From contig OZ176059.1 of assembly GCA_964247055.1 (NCBI GenBank), positions 2,480,001 to 2,544,000 of the forward strand: a DNA stretch of 64,000 bases, read 5' to 3'. Under the pieces are notes generated by a model. That model worked only from the letters and a program-made list of their open reading frames with translations. It was not told the DNA's origin and did not search any database. Position 1 is the first letter of the stretch; every line of letters starts with the position of its first letter. Both the position numbers and the translations under genes were made by a program. Origin of the DNA: Paragordius varius. Its lineage: Eukaryota; Animalia; Nematomorpha. Shown one piece after another: positions 1 to 13,881 of the stretch.

Positions 1-1240
1 GACAAAACATATAAAAAATATAAACATAATTTTTTTTCTCCAGGACAACCATACTTATTTAAACACCTTTTTATTCCCTTACTAAAAATCATTCAATTAC
101 AATCGTAAAATACATATTTAATTGTGTTATCAATTTTTACATATCTTTGTTTAATATATTAACAATTCAACACAATTAATATATATATATATATATATAT
201 AAAAATCAAAATTTAGAAAGTATGGTTATCTCTTAGAAAAAAATATTTGTCACCGTTTTGTCCTTATAATTTCAATTTTTAATGTAATTATATTATCCTC
301 TCATGTTTTTTATCATTGTTAAAAAACGATTGTGTTAATGGTAATGTAATGTTTTGTACACCACGCCTATAGTGAAGTTAATTCAAAAATTTATCTATAC
401 TTTCATTATTTTCTCTTTGAAATAAACCTTACCCACACACGTGTGATGATTTAAAATCCAATTGATTTATAATTGAAAGTTTATCAATAATATCGGTGAA
501 TATAGTATAGTTGAGGCGATTTATGTTTAAAGCTTAATGCGCCCATGTATGTTAAGTATAAATATATTTTTGAAAATATTGAAACGACTTGCCTTTACTA
601 TACTAGACCATTTAGAGTTTAAATTCACCCTAAAATAAATTATGTGTTTTCGGGCACTAATATAACTCATCATTAATATGAAATGTATTTTTATGGCATA
701 GTTGATTATTTATTTAGTATTACTTTAATTTTAAACACGAATTTCATATTATAAAAATATTAGAAATGAATAATTTTATTCTAAAAAAACACATATTTTA
801 TTTTAGGGTGAATTCAAACTGTAAATGTTATATTTGTTAAAGATAACCGATATATATATTTAATATGCAAAGTATAAGAAATAGCCATGTTAATTGGTAA
901 TATAATCAATTTATTCTTATCATTGTTAGGTTATTGGAGAATTAATCAAGCAAATAACAAATCATATATATTTTACGTTGTGTCTTTGTGATTTTAATTG
1001 TAACATATAGCATTAATTTATATTCAACCTAAAAATAAATTATGTGTTTTTGGGCTAATATGACTCATTATTAATATGAAATGTATTTGGCATAATTTAA
1101 ATTTTTTTATTAAATTCCAAACAAATTTTTATTTTGTTAAATAGGAAAAACTATATAGGTAATTTTGAATCTTAATAAACACACATGATTTAATTTAGGG
1201 TGAATTTAAACTGTTAATGGTATAATATATATCTATTTAG

Positions 1241-1594
1241 ATAAATCTATAGCTACTAAGAATCTCGTTACATTTACAAACGGAGATCAATTACCTAACA
1301 CTAAAGATTTGGAAAATGAAATTGAACGAAGCATAAAAACCGTGAATAATGAACACGTTGAAGACATCACAGATGATATCTGTAATGCTTCTATAGAACC
1401 AGAAAATGAAGTAACGATTGCCAACTCAACGAAAAATAATGGTAAAACCGGGGGTTATAACCGTACCCGAGATCGCCAACAAAGTCAAAGTGATAGCGAT
1501 CAAGAGGTTCTGCATAGCGGTTCAGCTTTGGATTCCGAAAATAATTCAAGTGTAGACGACGATGAAGATTATCTTAATGATGGTGGTACTAAAA
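1241..1594 (+). CDS. Probable internal exon of an unidentified gene (acidic, Ser/Asn/Asp-rich segment)
   Basis: An open frame runs from an AG acceptor at 1239-1240 (DKSIATKNLVTFTNGDQLPNTKD) through ORF 1309..1608 to a GT donor at 1595. The 354-nt exon is phase-symmetric and less AT-rich than its flanks. No family motif recognised and no partner exons found. Confidence 0.45.
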
Positions 1595-1610
1595 GTATAA
1601 TTATATGATA

Positions 1611-2669
1611 TAATTTTATACTGAAGTACGGACAAAACGTAAAAATATAAAGACAGTTATGTTTCTTCAAAAGTTTAAACCTTAACTTTTCTCATATAAA
1701 GCATGTTATTACAATTGTAAAGACTTTGCAATTTTAAACAATAATTTATATTCTAGTAAAGTATAGTTATGTTTTAGAAAAATATTTGTCTTAATATAAA
1801 TATAAACCGAAGTTATACGGACGAATGATATAAAGACTATGTTTTTGCCTTTAAAAGACAACCAAACTCTTTTAAACCTTGATTTTTTCTAAAAAAAAGC
1901 ATTTAATTACGATAGTAAAAATTTGCAATTTTAAACAATAATTTATATTTCGGTAAAGTATGGTTTTGTTTTAGAAATAATATTTGTCTTTATCTTAGTA
2001 ATTACTGAAATTATACGGACAAAACGTGAAAATATAAGGACAGTTATGTTTTTATCTTCAAAGCACAACAAAACTCTTTTAAACCTTGATTTTTTCTCAT
2101 AAGCATTTAATTACGATTGTAACTACTATCCAATTTTAAACAATATTTATATTCAAGATTCAAAAGTATGGTTGTGTTTTAGAAAAAATATTTGTCTTTA
2201 TATTCATAGTAACTACTGAAATTATACGGACAAAATGTGAAAATTTAAAGACAAATATTTTTTTCTTCAAAAGACAATCATACCTTTTTAAACGTTGATT
2301 TTTTCTTATATAAAGCATTAATTACGATTGTAAAAACTTTGCAATTTACAATATATTTATTCAATAAGATTCAAAAGTATGGTTTTGTCTTAGAAATAAT
2401 ATTTGTCTTTATATTCATAGTAACTACCGAAATTATACGGACAAAACGTAAAAATATAAAGACAGTTTTGTTTTTTTCTTCAAAAGACAATCATACCTTT
2501 TTAAACGTTGATTTTTTTCATGTAAAGCATTTTATTACGATTGTAAAAACTATCCAATTTTAAACGATCATTTATATATAAGATTCAAAAGTATGGTTTT
2601 GTCTTAGAAATAATATTTGTCTTTACATTTTTACACGTTTTGTTCATAGTATAATTTTAGTTTTTGCTG
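1611..2669. repeat. Tandem array of about 5 units (about 186-211 bp) derived from family-C MITE
   Basis: Units restart at about 1620, 1806, 2003, 2214 and 2425 with ACTGAAATTATACGGACAAAACG. Each unit has the internal inverted arm (AAAGTATGGTT..ATATTTGTCTTT). Only the last unit keeps the full right TIR. Confidence 0.85.
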
Positions 2670-2802
2670 TATATAATATAAATGTAATTTTATAGTTTAA
2701 GGCTATTTAAATGTTTAAATTTTGTTAAAGGTTATATTTTTGGAGTGTTGATACCAGAAATATATTAAAATTAGAATAAAAAAGACAAAATGTTACTTGC
2801 AG

Positions 2803-2995
2803 TAGTGTGCACATTAATGTTGGGTAATTATTCAGTCATGGTTGATATCACAATTTTTTCTAACCTATCTTATTTGACAAAATTACATTTTATTTAATTG
2901 TTACACAAAACTTGTTTTAGTATATCAGATACGCCTCTGTATTACCATTTTATTAGAGCTATAATGTGAATTGATTAGCATTAATGTGCATACTA
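2803..2995. mobile_element. Small MITE family H; probable second copy at about 12347-12553
   Basis: 17-bp inverted ends TAGTGTGCACATTAATG / CATTAATGTGCATACTA (one mismatch). Confidence 0.55.
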
Positions 2996-5900
2996 TATAT
3001 ATATATATATATATTAAGTTCGAATTCTTGAGTTGTATTAATCAGAAAAAAATAAAATAAAAAGGTAAAAATTACTAAAAAATAGTTATGGGGTAGGAAT
3101 ATTTCTAACAATCATTAATGTTTATGGATTATTTAGCTCTTGTCAGGTTTCCAAATAAGGATCTAGTTTTTATGACATTTGGAACATTTAAAAAAAGGGG
3201 GGGGGGGGGAGTTATTATTTGTTAATGTGGTATAAAACAATATTTTCACTTTATTAAATAAACCATAAAATGCCAACAAATAAGCCTTGGTGTTGCTTAG
3301 TGAAAGGTTCTCATGTCGTATTATTATTAAGAAGTATTAATTAATGCCGCCGCCTTGTGCAAAGTTTTATACAAAAAACTTTTTTTTCCTGCACATTTTC
3401 AAAATTAATTTTCAATGGACATTTAATTATGTATTATGTAATAATTAACTCTTTTTGTTTAAGTTTAACACATACGTTTTTTTCTGATATTTTTCAGTTT
3501 TAAGCATCTGATTCGGAACTTTAAATGATTTCGAGGTAATTTTTTCAAAGTTTTCAATGACTTTATTGCATAACTATTTATAAACTTTTATTATGCTTAG
3601 CTAAACGTAAAAGTAGCCGAAATTTAGCAGGCAAAAATTTAAACAGTTCAAAACACAACCAAAGGTCATCCTCTATCCGAAAATCTAAGAGTAAATTTTT
3701 AACTACTTATTATATATATATATATATATATATTATTTACAATTCAAATTCACCCTAAAAAAAATTATGTGTTTTCGGAAAGCTAATATAACTCTTATTA
3801 ATATGAAATATATCTTTATGGTTTAGTTTATCATTTTTTTCAGTATTATTTTAATTACAAACAAAATTTCATTTTTTAGAATTATGCAAACACATGGTAA
3901 TATTTAATCATAAAAAACACATAATTTATTGTAGGGTGGGTGAATTTAAATTGTTCGAGGGTAAATATAAATTGTTTATGGGTAAATTTAAAGTGTAAAA
4001 AGTATATTATATTTACCATATAATTTCTCTTTTTCTTATATTTTTATAGATCTAAGGATAAATTGGTATTATATATAAAAATAGCTATATTATTAAATAT
4101 TACTTTAGAGAAAAAGTCATCCTAATTTAAAATCAACATATATGAGGTTATTTGAAGTCAAATCACTGTTTTAACTACCGAAGATTCTCAAATATTTATT
4201 GGAGTTATATATATATATATATGTTTATATGTAATATACGCACTATTGCCCAAAAAAATCTTGTTTATTTTCGTATAAATTTACCCACTTTACCTACAAA
4301 TATATAATATACAGTAAAAATTGAAATTTGAAATTATACAGACAAAACGTAAAAATTAAAAGACAAATATTTTTTTCAAAATTCCTGAATTAACTATTCG
4401 ATTAGCACAATATGTTAATTAATTGTGTTACGAATTTACATCTTTATTTCATACTTTGCAGTTTAATAGCGGTTTTTGAAAAAAATATTTGCCCTATGTT
4501 TTTACATTTCGTCTGTATACCCTGAATTCTTACTGTAATATTCCATGAATATATACAAGCGTATTTTTTTTCAATATAACTCTTAATTTTCAAAACGCGA
4601 ATTCCCATATTTTTAATACATTGTTGTTGAATATGAATATTTGTATTCCATATCATTTATATATGAATACAGCTTTTTCGTTTTTTCAATATATATATTA
4701 ATAACGAATTTTCAATTTTCTATGCGTTATCAATTTTTTACATTGTCTATATATATAAATATTAGTATTGTTGTTAAGTACTACATCTATCATCTTATCA
4801 AGAAAAATCTTTCACAATAAATGCCAATTTATGTTATTGTAAATTTTTTTTATATTAATTAGTTTAGGTTAGTTTTAAACCATATACCAGGTCCAACCAA
4901 GTTTTTATATTACATAATTGTTACATTATATTTTCATTTTCTTGTGTACAATGTTATTTAGGGTTAATTTTGTACGCCAGAGCCTAAAATAGTTTGGAAA
5001 TTACTGTTTTTTAAGTTGTTGTTTTGGTTAAAATTTAATTATCAATTATTGTTCTTCTGTATTAAATAATTTTAATTTCTAGTGCAGGATTTTAACACGC
5101 TTTCGATACGCCAAAAGTGCTCTCAAAGATTAAAAAAATTAAAAATTTTGAATTTAATCAAAAATTTACGATTAATTAGGATATACATCATCCCCCACAA
5201 TAAATAAAAAAACCAAAAATTATCAAAGCAGCCGCGAGGATATTTGTTTTGGACTACCCTTGTTCTGGATTCTGAAATTGATCTAATTAATAATTATATT
5301 TTTCTGATTCACAATTTTTCATTTAAAAGTTAATAATTTTGTTAAATTGGAAAAAAATTAGTTTGAAATAAAAAAGTGGTTTTTGAATAAAAATTTTGAT
5401 TTTTAACTCAAAAGTGTTCAAAGACCAGCTTAAAGTGTTCAAAGACCAACTTGAAATGTTCAAGGACCAACTTGAAGTGTTCAAGGACACTCTTGAAGTG
5501 CAAATGGTATATTTAAATCAAATCAAGTTTTTGCTGGTAAAATGTAGCCTTAAAACTTTTTGAGTTAATTATGTACATTTCCTAATCATATTAATATTAT
5601 ACATTCTTTTGACTGTTGAAATAGCGATGTAAAATAAAAAAAAATATAGAAACAAATGGCGACAAATAGTTTAATATGAGTATTTTTTACAATATTTTCC
5701 ATTTTGTATAAAAATATTTTTTGCATGCATGCGCCTAAAAGGCTAAAGAAAGCATATTTTTATATTCGGCTTAACACCTTAAATACTTTTAAGTGATATA
5801 CAAATTTCCAATCGCTCTGGGGTAAAAAACTACCACAAAAAGGATAGAGGGTTAAAAATCGATTGGATATTAAAACAGAAATTGATTTTAACATCTAAGA

Positions 5901-6576
5901 TATTCTAAATAATAACAAAAATATGAGATATTAAACATTTAACGGCTTAATAAAATAATTTATGCCTATTTATAAATTAAACATTATTATATTTTTAAGA
6001 AAATTTATATATGTATGTATTTAGATTTTGGTATTTAATTTTAATCAAGATTATTGTCAACGTAGAATATTTTTGCAATTTATATTATTTTTTATTCATT
6101 TATGGGCCCCTCATTTAAAAAGAAAAAATGAAAACCAAAAAAATATTAATCAGTTTTTAAATTTTAGCCTAAAAAACAAAGGTTTTGGAAATTAAAGTGA
6201 ATTTAGAGAGTGAAACAATGCCGAAATCTTAAATTTTTCCAGAGTCAATTTATAAGGCACAGGGTCAATGTATTATTATATAACTAAAATTAGAAACAAT
6301 TTTTTATTGAAATTTCACCAAAAACCTTACTTTCTTAATATTATACTATTCAAGGTTTTTCCGTAATTAATATTTGGTATTTATACCTAACTTTTAACTA
6401 TTTTACATATATTTAACCATGATAATTATATATATATATATATATATATGTTCAGCCTTTTGTCTTTTAAGCCAATTGTTCATCTAAATATCCTTTTCAA
6501 CAAGCTTATAAATACATTAATTTTCAAAAAGATAGGTGTTTATTTTAAATGTTTTTGCGAGACTAAAAAACCTTAA

Positions 6577-8428
6577 TAATGTGACCAGATAGGCTGTTTT
6601 TCGCAGTGCAGTGGAGTTTCTGTATTGCGCCCACTTTTGTACTGCTTTTTGAAATTAAGTAAAATTTAATTTTTATAATTATATATATTAATTACCTTTT
6701 ATTTATATTCAATTATTTAAGATTTTAATATAGTACCCTCAGTAAAAATAACCCCATAATTTGTAAAGAAATGGTTTATTTTGCGGTAAAAAACAAAGAT
6801 TGGCCAATTTTTAATTGGTTAATATTTCATTTTCTGCTTAAATTATACAAACTTAGGATTGCAGCCTTTCGTACAGTCGCAAAACTATAAATCTCGGACT
6901 CCACACCATATAAGATTCAGGCTAATGGCTCTTTCACTCAGGACTTCCGCACAAAGAGGCCTCAAAATTTAAACTTAACAAAATAATTTAGGATATTTCA
7001 AAAAATGTTTTATCAAGTTTAGAAAGTTCATTTGTTATAATTATCAAACGGTAAATTATATAAAAAATTATATTCCCATAACATATTATTTAAAATTTAT
7101 TATACATGTTAATAGTTTTTTACGTTTTTTATACTCATTAGGCAGGAGATATGATATTTCTTGATTTTTTTTTCTAAACTTTGATTTTTATTAGTTTTCA
7201 ATTTTTTTTGAATAAACAAATTTGAGATATTTTTTTGAAGCGTACTGTAACTTAGAACATAATGGAAACGGTATAACGCTTTAAGATATAATAAAACCCT
7301 TTTTCTAAATAATTCAATGATGTTGAACAATATTATTAGTTGAAAATTTTAATTTAAAGGTTTGTTTACTTTCAAATTTTGGTGAATTTTTGTAAAAAAG
7401 CACAATAATTTTGAGTGAGAAAAATGTTTAAAATTATTGAATCTATATATTTATAAAAATGGAAAATGCTGGCTCTGTGATCTGTTTCCGGAAAACCGGT
7501 AGACTTATTTAAATCCAAATATCGAAAAAATATAATCATTAATGAATGCCCCGACAATGGCTTCGCCCTTTTTTTGAATTAGCCCCTGAGTTCGGGCCCA
7601 CCCCGTATAAAAAACGGGTTTATTTAAAAACAGAAGTCCACAAAAATCATGTCTTTGAGACAATTTTCCGGAGAACGTGTTGGACCATTCAATTTCAAAT
7701 ATAATTTTTGTGTAGTTATTTCGATTGCGCCGAACATAGTCGGCTCGCCTTTTTAATTAAGGCCCTCTTTTTACCCGCTCCCCCGTAAACTGCCATTTTT
7801 TAAAAAACAAAGTCCACAAAAATAATTTTTTAAATCTAATTTTCCCCCAAGTAAACAATAAATTAGTATGAATGCATCGTTTTAAAATTTCTATGAGATT
7901 ATAGCTATTAAATAATGTTTCGAAATAATCCACATATGTAGATCATTTTATTGTCCCTTTTTTTAAATAGCTTCCCAGAAGTTTGAAGGACTTCCTCGAG
8001 CTGCGTAGCAGCACGAGATTTACGCTAGTTATATATATTTAACTCAACCGTTTATATTGTTTCCATCATGGTCAAAATAGTATGAAGTACGCTTTACTTT
8101 GCTAAAAATTGAATTTTGATAGTATGCATTTTTTTAAAATATATTTAGATATATTTAAAATTATTGCACAATATCGGAATTTTTGCGTTTATTTTTTAGA
8201 GAACAACCCATTTTAAAAGAGCCAAAAAATTTGGGACTTTTAGGGCCTACATCTAAAAATTCGAACAAAAGGCACCATGATAATCCTGATAGCTTCCTAT
8301 CAAAATAAATATTTTTTATCTGGATATTTTTTTGTGGAAATTGTGTAATATACCACACCGATGTAAAAACAGACCAAGTATGTTTTAATTTTGTACTGTG
8401 TCCACGTTAAAAATATCTGGTCACATTA
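6577..8428. mobile_element. Non-autonomous hAT-like element, copy 1, containing a nested Helitron
   Basis: 15-bp TIR TAATGTGACCAGATA / TATCTGGTCACATTA. About 400 bp of the left arm is an inverted homologue of 53010-53382 and the right end matches 52278-52320. No TSD found for this copy. Confidence 0.75.
7442..8028 (+). mobile_element. Non-autonomous Helitron (587 bp)
   Basis: 5' end TCTATATATTTATAAAAATGG after A7441. 3' hairpin GCTGC-GTA-GCAGC (8000-8012) followed by terminal CTAG (8025-8028) and T8029, i.e. A|T insertion with no TSD. Internal GC-richer direct repeat (about 7545-7670 and 7725-7850). Confidence 0.8.
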
Positions 8429-8861
8429 GTCATATTAGTTTGATACCGATTTTTTGTCAAACAAAGCTTTATTTAGATATTTTGGTTTATATATATAATT
8501 TATATTAGGATAGATGTATAAATTTATATTGTAACTGTTTTCAAATCTTTTTAAAAAATAGCTTAAATATCGTCTGGGGTATTTAAATAACCCAAATTGA
8601 ATCGATGTGTTAAAATAATATTTTTAAAAAAACTAGATCCCTTAAACATGAAATTTCACAAAGGAAGAAAATCATATTGATTTTAGATATTCCCAGTTAT
8701 TAGCACACTTTTTAATTTATTTTAAAATGCGCTATCATGTAAAAAAAGTGGCTTAGAAGAATCTAGGGAAAACTCCGGAGACGATATATATTCAACAAAG
8801 ATTTCAGGGATTTTTGGTAATAAACAAAAAAATTTGCGCGCTTTTATTAACCCTTTATTAA

Positions 8862-9984
8862 CACTTTGCAAAACATTCATTTCAGTCCTTCGATTTAAAT
8901 TGGGGTAGTTGGATATTCCTGGTCTGTTTAAAATTAAATAATTTAAAAAATATACAAGAAATCCAAACCATGGCAAAATTTGGCACCTATATAACATTGA
9001 TAAACCGAAATATATAAAAAATATATTCAAAAATACTTGATAATTCCTTTTTTAATGTAAAACCCAAAGGTAAATTAGTCAATGTAACATATGTGCATTG
9101 ACTAAATTAAATAATAATACAAAATAAACTACTCTTTTTATTTCTATCAATGTTAAATGTAATTTATCACTTCGATTCAAATTGGGCTATCTAATACCCC
9201 AGACTAACTTTAAGTTAGGACTTTTAAAAAACTATAGAATGAAACGGTCCCAATTAAAATTTATGCTTCTATCCTAATATAAAATTTTATGTATATATGC
9301 GAAAATATCTAAATATAATTTTGTTTTGTAAACTTTCCATGTCAAACTAATTCGACGCCATTTTTATTTTACGAAATCCTTGCAAAATAGCGTCCTAATT
9401 TAATTTTAAGGGTAAAATTAAAGCTAATTATTTATTTAACACATCTAACATTGATAGAAATAAAAAAGCGGTTTATTTTGTATTATTTTTAAATTTAGCT
9501 AATGCACACATGCCATGTTGACTATATTTTTACCTTGAGGTTTTTGCTAAAAATAAGAACTATCAAGTATTTTTGAATGAAATTTTTTATATTTTTTGGT
9601 TCATTAATGTAATAAATGTGCATAATTTTGGCATGGTTTCGATTCCCTCCATATTTTTAAAGAAATTTATTTTAAATAGGCATGAGGTATTTAACTATCG
9701 CAATTTGAATTTTAGGAATAAAATGAATGTGCTGTATCCAAGTGTTAAAAATTAGCATTAATTTTTACGTTAGAATCAAATAAACACGATATTGTGCAAA
9801 ATTTTTGTAAAATAAAAATGGCGTCGTTGGATTTTTTTCTCAAAACTTATTTGGATATTTAAACTTTTTTATATAATTTATATTAGGATAGAAGCATAAA
9901 TTTAAATTGGCACTCTTTCCTTCAATAGTTTTTTTTATTAAATTTAGTCTGGGGTATTTAGCTACCCCAATTTGTATCGCAGTG
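8862..9984. mobile_element. piggyBac-like TTAA MITE (family D) with a second copy nested in opposite orientation at 9168-9744
   Basis: Outer element TTAA|CACTT...AGTG|TTAA. Inner element TTAT|CACTTCGATTCAAATTGGG...AAGTG|TTAA. Outer sequence resumes after 9748 as in the uninterrupted copies at 31184 and 32501. ORFs 8722..9030(-) and 9573..9755(+) are mirror translations of the two copies. Confidence 0.8.
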
Positions 9985-10643
9985 TTAAATACGCATCATT
10001 TAAAAAGTGGATGAACAACTTTATTATATAATATTAATAAATCATGGTTTAGTTTATACAAAAGCCAAATTTTTAGCTTTCTCTTTTTAACTAGTCGTTA
10101 GGAAGGCTTCCACCATCTCTGAATAAGACGATATGTAAATATGATATTGAAGGCATGAAATCGTGGTTCTTATAGCTCCCTCAAGAAAAAAAATAGTTTG
10201 GGGACTTTTTAAATTAGCCGCTGGAAAAGGCTTCGCTTTATATTAAACAAATCAAAAAAATAACCTGGATTTTAAGCTAATTTTTGAAAAGTAGACCGAA
10301 TAGATATAACTTTGCTTTCATATCGGTCAAACACTTAAAATTAATTTATGGCTAAAAATATTAAATTAATAGGCTTTTTGCATTTTGACAGCATATTTTA
10401 AATCTTGCTTTATTTTAATCAGTGTCTTAATTGGGTTACAGGTCGGATCAGCATGAATTTTAGACTCTAAAAAACATAAAAATGATGCTGTTTATTTTAA
10501 AATGTATAGGACATCACTTTCGGCAAAAACAATATAATCCAGAAATTGAATGCGACTTAATATGTATATCACAAAAAAATATATATTTAGTTTTGAATAT
10601 TATATAAAATCGGTTATGGATTTATGAATGAAAAATTTAACAC

Positions 10644-13600
10644 ATGCGATCGGAGTTTACCGAACAAAGTCCATTGTTACGAAAATCATTGGATAGTTAC
10701 AAAAAGAAACCATATTATGATAAAATTTACACCTTGAAAAACAATAATAAAATTATATTTGTTAATGCATATAATTCATCCCCACCATTTAATCATAAAT
10801 GCGATAATGCTTTTGAAGGGACAGATAAGCTACCTTTTCTGCATCCAGATCGTGCATTTTACAGATTTTGCATTCTGATTTTATCGTGTTTTGTTGGTTT
10901 TGGTGAGTATTTTTATTTATTCAAGCCCAAACAACTGTTCTTTCAATATAATATTTTTTTTCAATCAATAGTTAATTTTACAGTACCATATTCTTGGATA
11001 AAATTAGAGATATACCGCTAATAAATTCAATTCTCTTCTTACTAAAATTGTGAAATTTTAATGAATATGATTATCTTTAATATCTAAATTACTGAGACAC
11101 ATTTTTAGATTTATCTTAATTTAAACATAATATTTAAAAATTATATATAGAAACAATATAAATCTTTTCATATCTCTATGCTATATTATATAGGTGCTTG
11201 TATATGTTATGATTCACCAGCTCCGTTACAAGCTCAAATCCGTAAGGATATTGATATTTCCGGTAGTCAATTTATGGCTTTTTATTCGTGGTATTCTTGG
11301 CCTAACATAATCCTATGCTTTTTCGGCGGTTATTTAATCGATAAAGTTTTTGGGATTCGGAAAGCCACGTTTATATTCGCAGCACTCGTTTTCATTGGAA
11401 ATGTATATGGTTATTTTATATGTTAGTATAAATACCCTTAAACAATTCAAATTCACCCTCGAACACTTCAAATTCACCCTCGAACACTTCAAAATCACTT
11501 ACCATAAAGAAATTATGTGTTTTTAAGATTAAATATTGCCTCTATATTGTTTTATATTTGAAAATTAAAATAAAATTACGTATAGAATTAATATAATAAT
11601 GAAAATAAACTATACCATAAGAATATATTTTATATTAATGATGAGTTATATTAGTCCGAAAACACATAATATATTTTTAGGATGAATTGTTCAAGGGTGA
11701 ATTTGAATTGTTCAAGGGTGAATTTGAATTGTTCAAGGGTGAATTTGAATTGTAAATGGTATATCATAATCACTCCAAGAGTGTCCTTAAACACTTTAAG
11801 TTGGTCCTTGAACACTTCAAGTTAGTTCTTTGACTTTTTTGTTATTAATTTTTATCAATCAAATCGTGAATCATTCATCTATTTTATCATTTATAACCTA
11901 TTTTCTTTATTTAACATAAACTTTAGATCAATATCATATTCTACATTCACAGACATATTTTTATTAAGTTTTTAAAATATATATAATTTTAATAAGATTT
12001 TAACACGTAATTAAAAAATATATAAACTTTCTGGGTTATTATTTACAAATTTTCATTGAAAATATTTTAATAATTTGTTAAATTGGAAACATTAGTTTGA
12101 AACAAATAATAAATTAGGAAAATTAGGTTAAAAAATAATAAAGTAATAAAATAAATGCAAAAATTATGGTTAAACCCAAACTTGAAATTGGAACCAACTT
12201 ATAATGTTCAAAGACCAACTTGAAGTGTTCAAGGACCAACTTGAACTGTTCAAGGACCAACTTGAACTGTTCAAGGACCAACTTGAACTGTTCAAGGACC
12301 AACTTGAAGTGTCCAAAGACACTCTTGAAGTGCAAATGGTATATATAGTATGCAATTATGCTGGTATTCACACATTATAGTTCAATTCATAACATAGTAT
12401 TGTATTTGGAATAAAACAGAATGTTAATTAAACAACAATTATTCCCTTTGTTTATCTACAATTATGGACAAAATTTGTTTTATACCACACGCTACTGTAT
12501 TACAAATTGACCACAATAATAATGCGAACAAGCTAGTATAAATGTGCATAATATATATTATAGTCACATTTATATAACCTAAATACCCTTTTTATTAGTG
12601 CATAAAAACTTTAGTTTTAAACAAAAGGTTGGTAGGATAATATACCATATACTGTTCAAATTAACCCTTGAACAATTCAAATTCACCCTAAAAAACAATT
12701 ATGTGTTTTCGAACTAATATAACTCATTATTAATATGAAATATATCTTAATGGCATAGTTTCCTATTTTTACAGTATTATTTTAATTTAATTTTTTTTCA
12801 AAAATATAAAAAAAATATAAGTAATTTTTAATCCTAAAAAACACTTAATTTATTTTAGGGTGAATTTGAACTGTAAATGTATTTTTACGCTAATTTTAAC
12901 ATTTAAGGTGAGAAAACATTCATAGCTTTTGTAAATGTATTAAGAAAATTTGTAAATCATATTGCATATGTGGAATTCCAGTGTGCCAAATTTAGGGCAA
13001 TTAACAATGTAGTTTAACTTGAATTGTTAGTTTTAGATGGATAAACTATTAATTTTTACAATATAATATAAATTTTCTTATATGATTAAACCTTATTAAA
13101 CTTATTTTAAGGTGCAGTCAGGTGTTTGGAATTTTCGTTTTTAATTGTATTAATGTAGGAATTAATATGGTTGATACTTTTCGAAATAATATATACTACT
13201 AATCGAATAAATAAAATTATATTGATTAACTTAGCTTTTATTTTTTGTATATGTGGCATTTAAATGGCAAAAATAATTACTTTTTGATTTATTTATTTTG
13301 CCATATTAAAAAGGTTATATGTTAAAATTTGTTTTATAAATAAATAACTCATTAATAACCATTAAGCTCGTTTCTCTATATAACTTTTATATAATTAATT
13401 ATTTTCCCAAGTTTTGCCTCCTTTTTTTTGACAAAAATTATTAAAACAACACAGCTGAGTGCTTTAAATTAGATTTTTTGGACGTATCTTTGCTTAGATA
13501 AACCGCGACTCTAATTTTTTTTGGATTTTAAAATCAGTTATCTTCTTAAAAAATTCAAAACTGGAAAAACTACATTTTCTTACATATATATATATATATA

Positions 13601-13835
13601 TATATATATACCATTTATGATTCAAATTCCACGCTTGAACAATTCAAATTCAACCTTAATATAAATTATGTTTTTTCGGGCTAATATAACTCATCATTAA
13701 TAAGAATTATTCTTTTATGGTATAGTTTATTATTTTTTCAGTATTATATTAATTTTAGACAAAATAAAAATATAGGTAATTTTTAATCTTGAAACACGCA
13801 TAGTTTTTTTAGGGTGAATTTTTTGAACTGTAAAT

Positions 13836-13881
<46 letters not shown>

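Noticed and set aside
8722-9755. Two similar hydrophobic ORFs on opposite strands
   Set aside because: Mirror translations of the nested family-D MITE copies.
10085-10115. Possible minus-strand Helitron 3' end (ACTAG with GGAAGGCTTCC)
   Set aside because: The stem is only 4-5 bp and no 5' TC end was identified.
12180-12330. Regular 21-bp repeats resembling a CRISPR array (also in family-A arms)
   Set aside because: Units are contiguous with no unique spacers, sit in MITE arms in a eukaryotic intron, and no cas genes are present.
12123-12371. ORFs with FKLVLEQ heptads (leucine-zipper-like) and SSWSLN repeats
   Set aside because: Incidental translation of the 21-bp family-B units.
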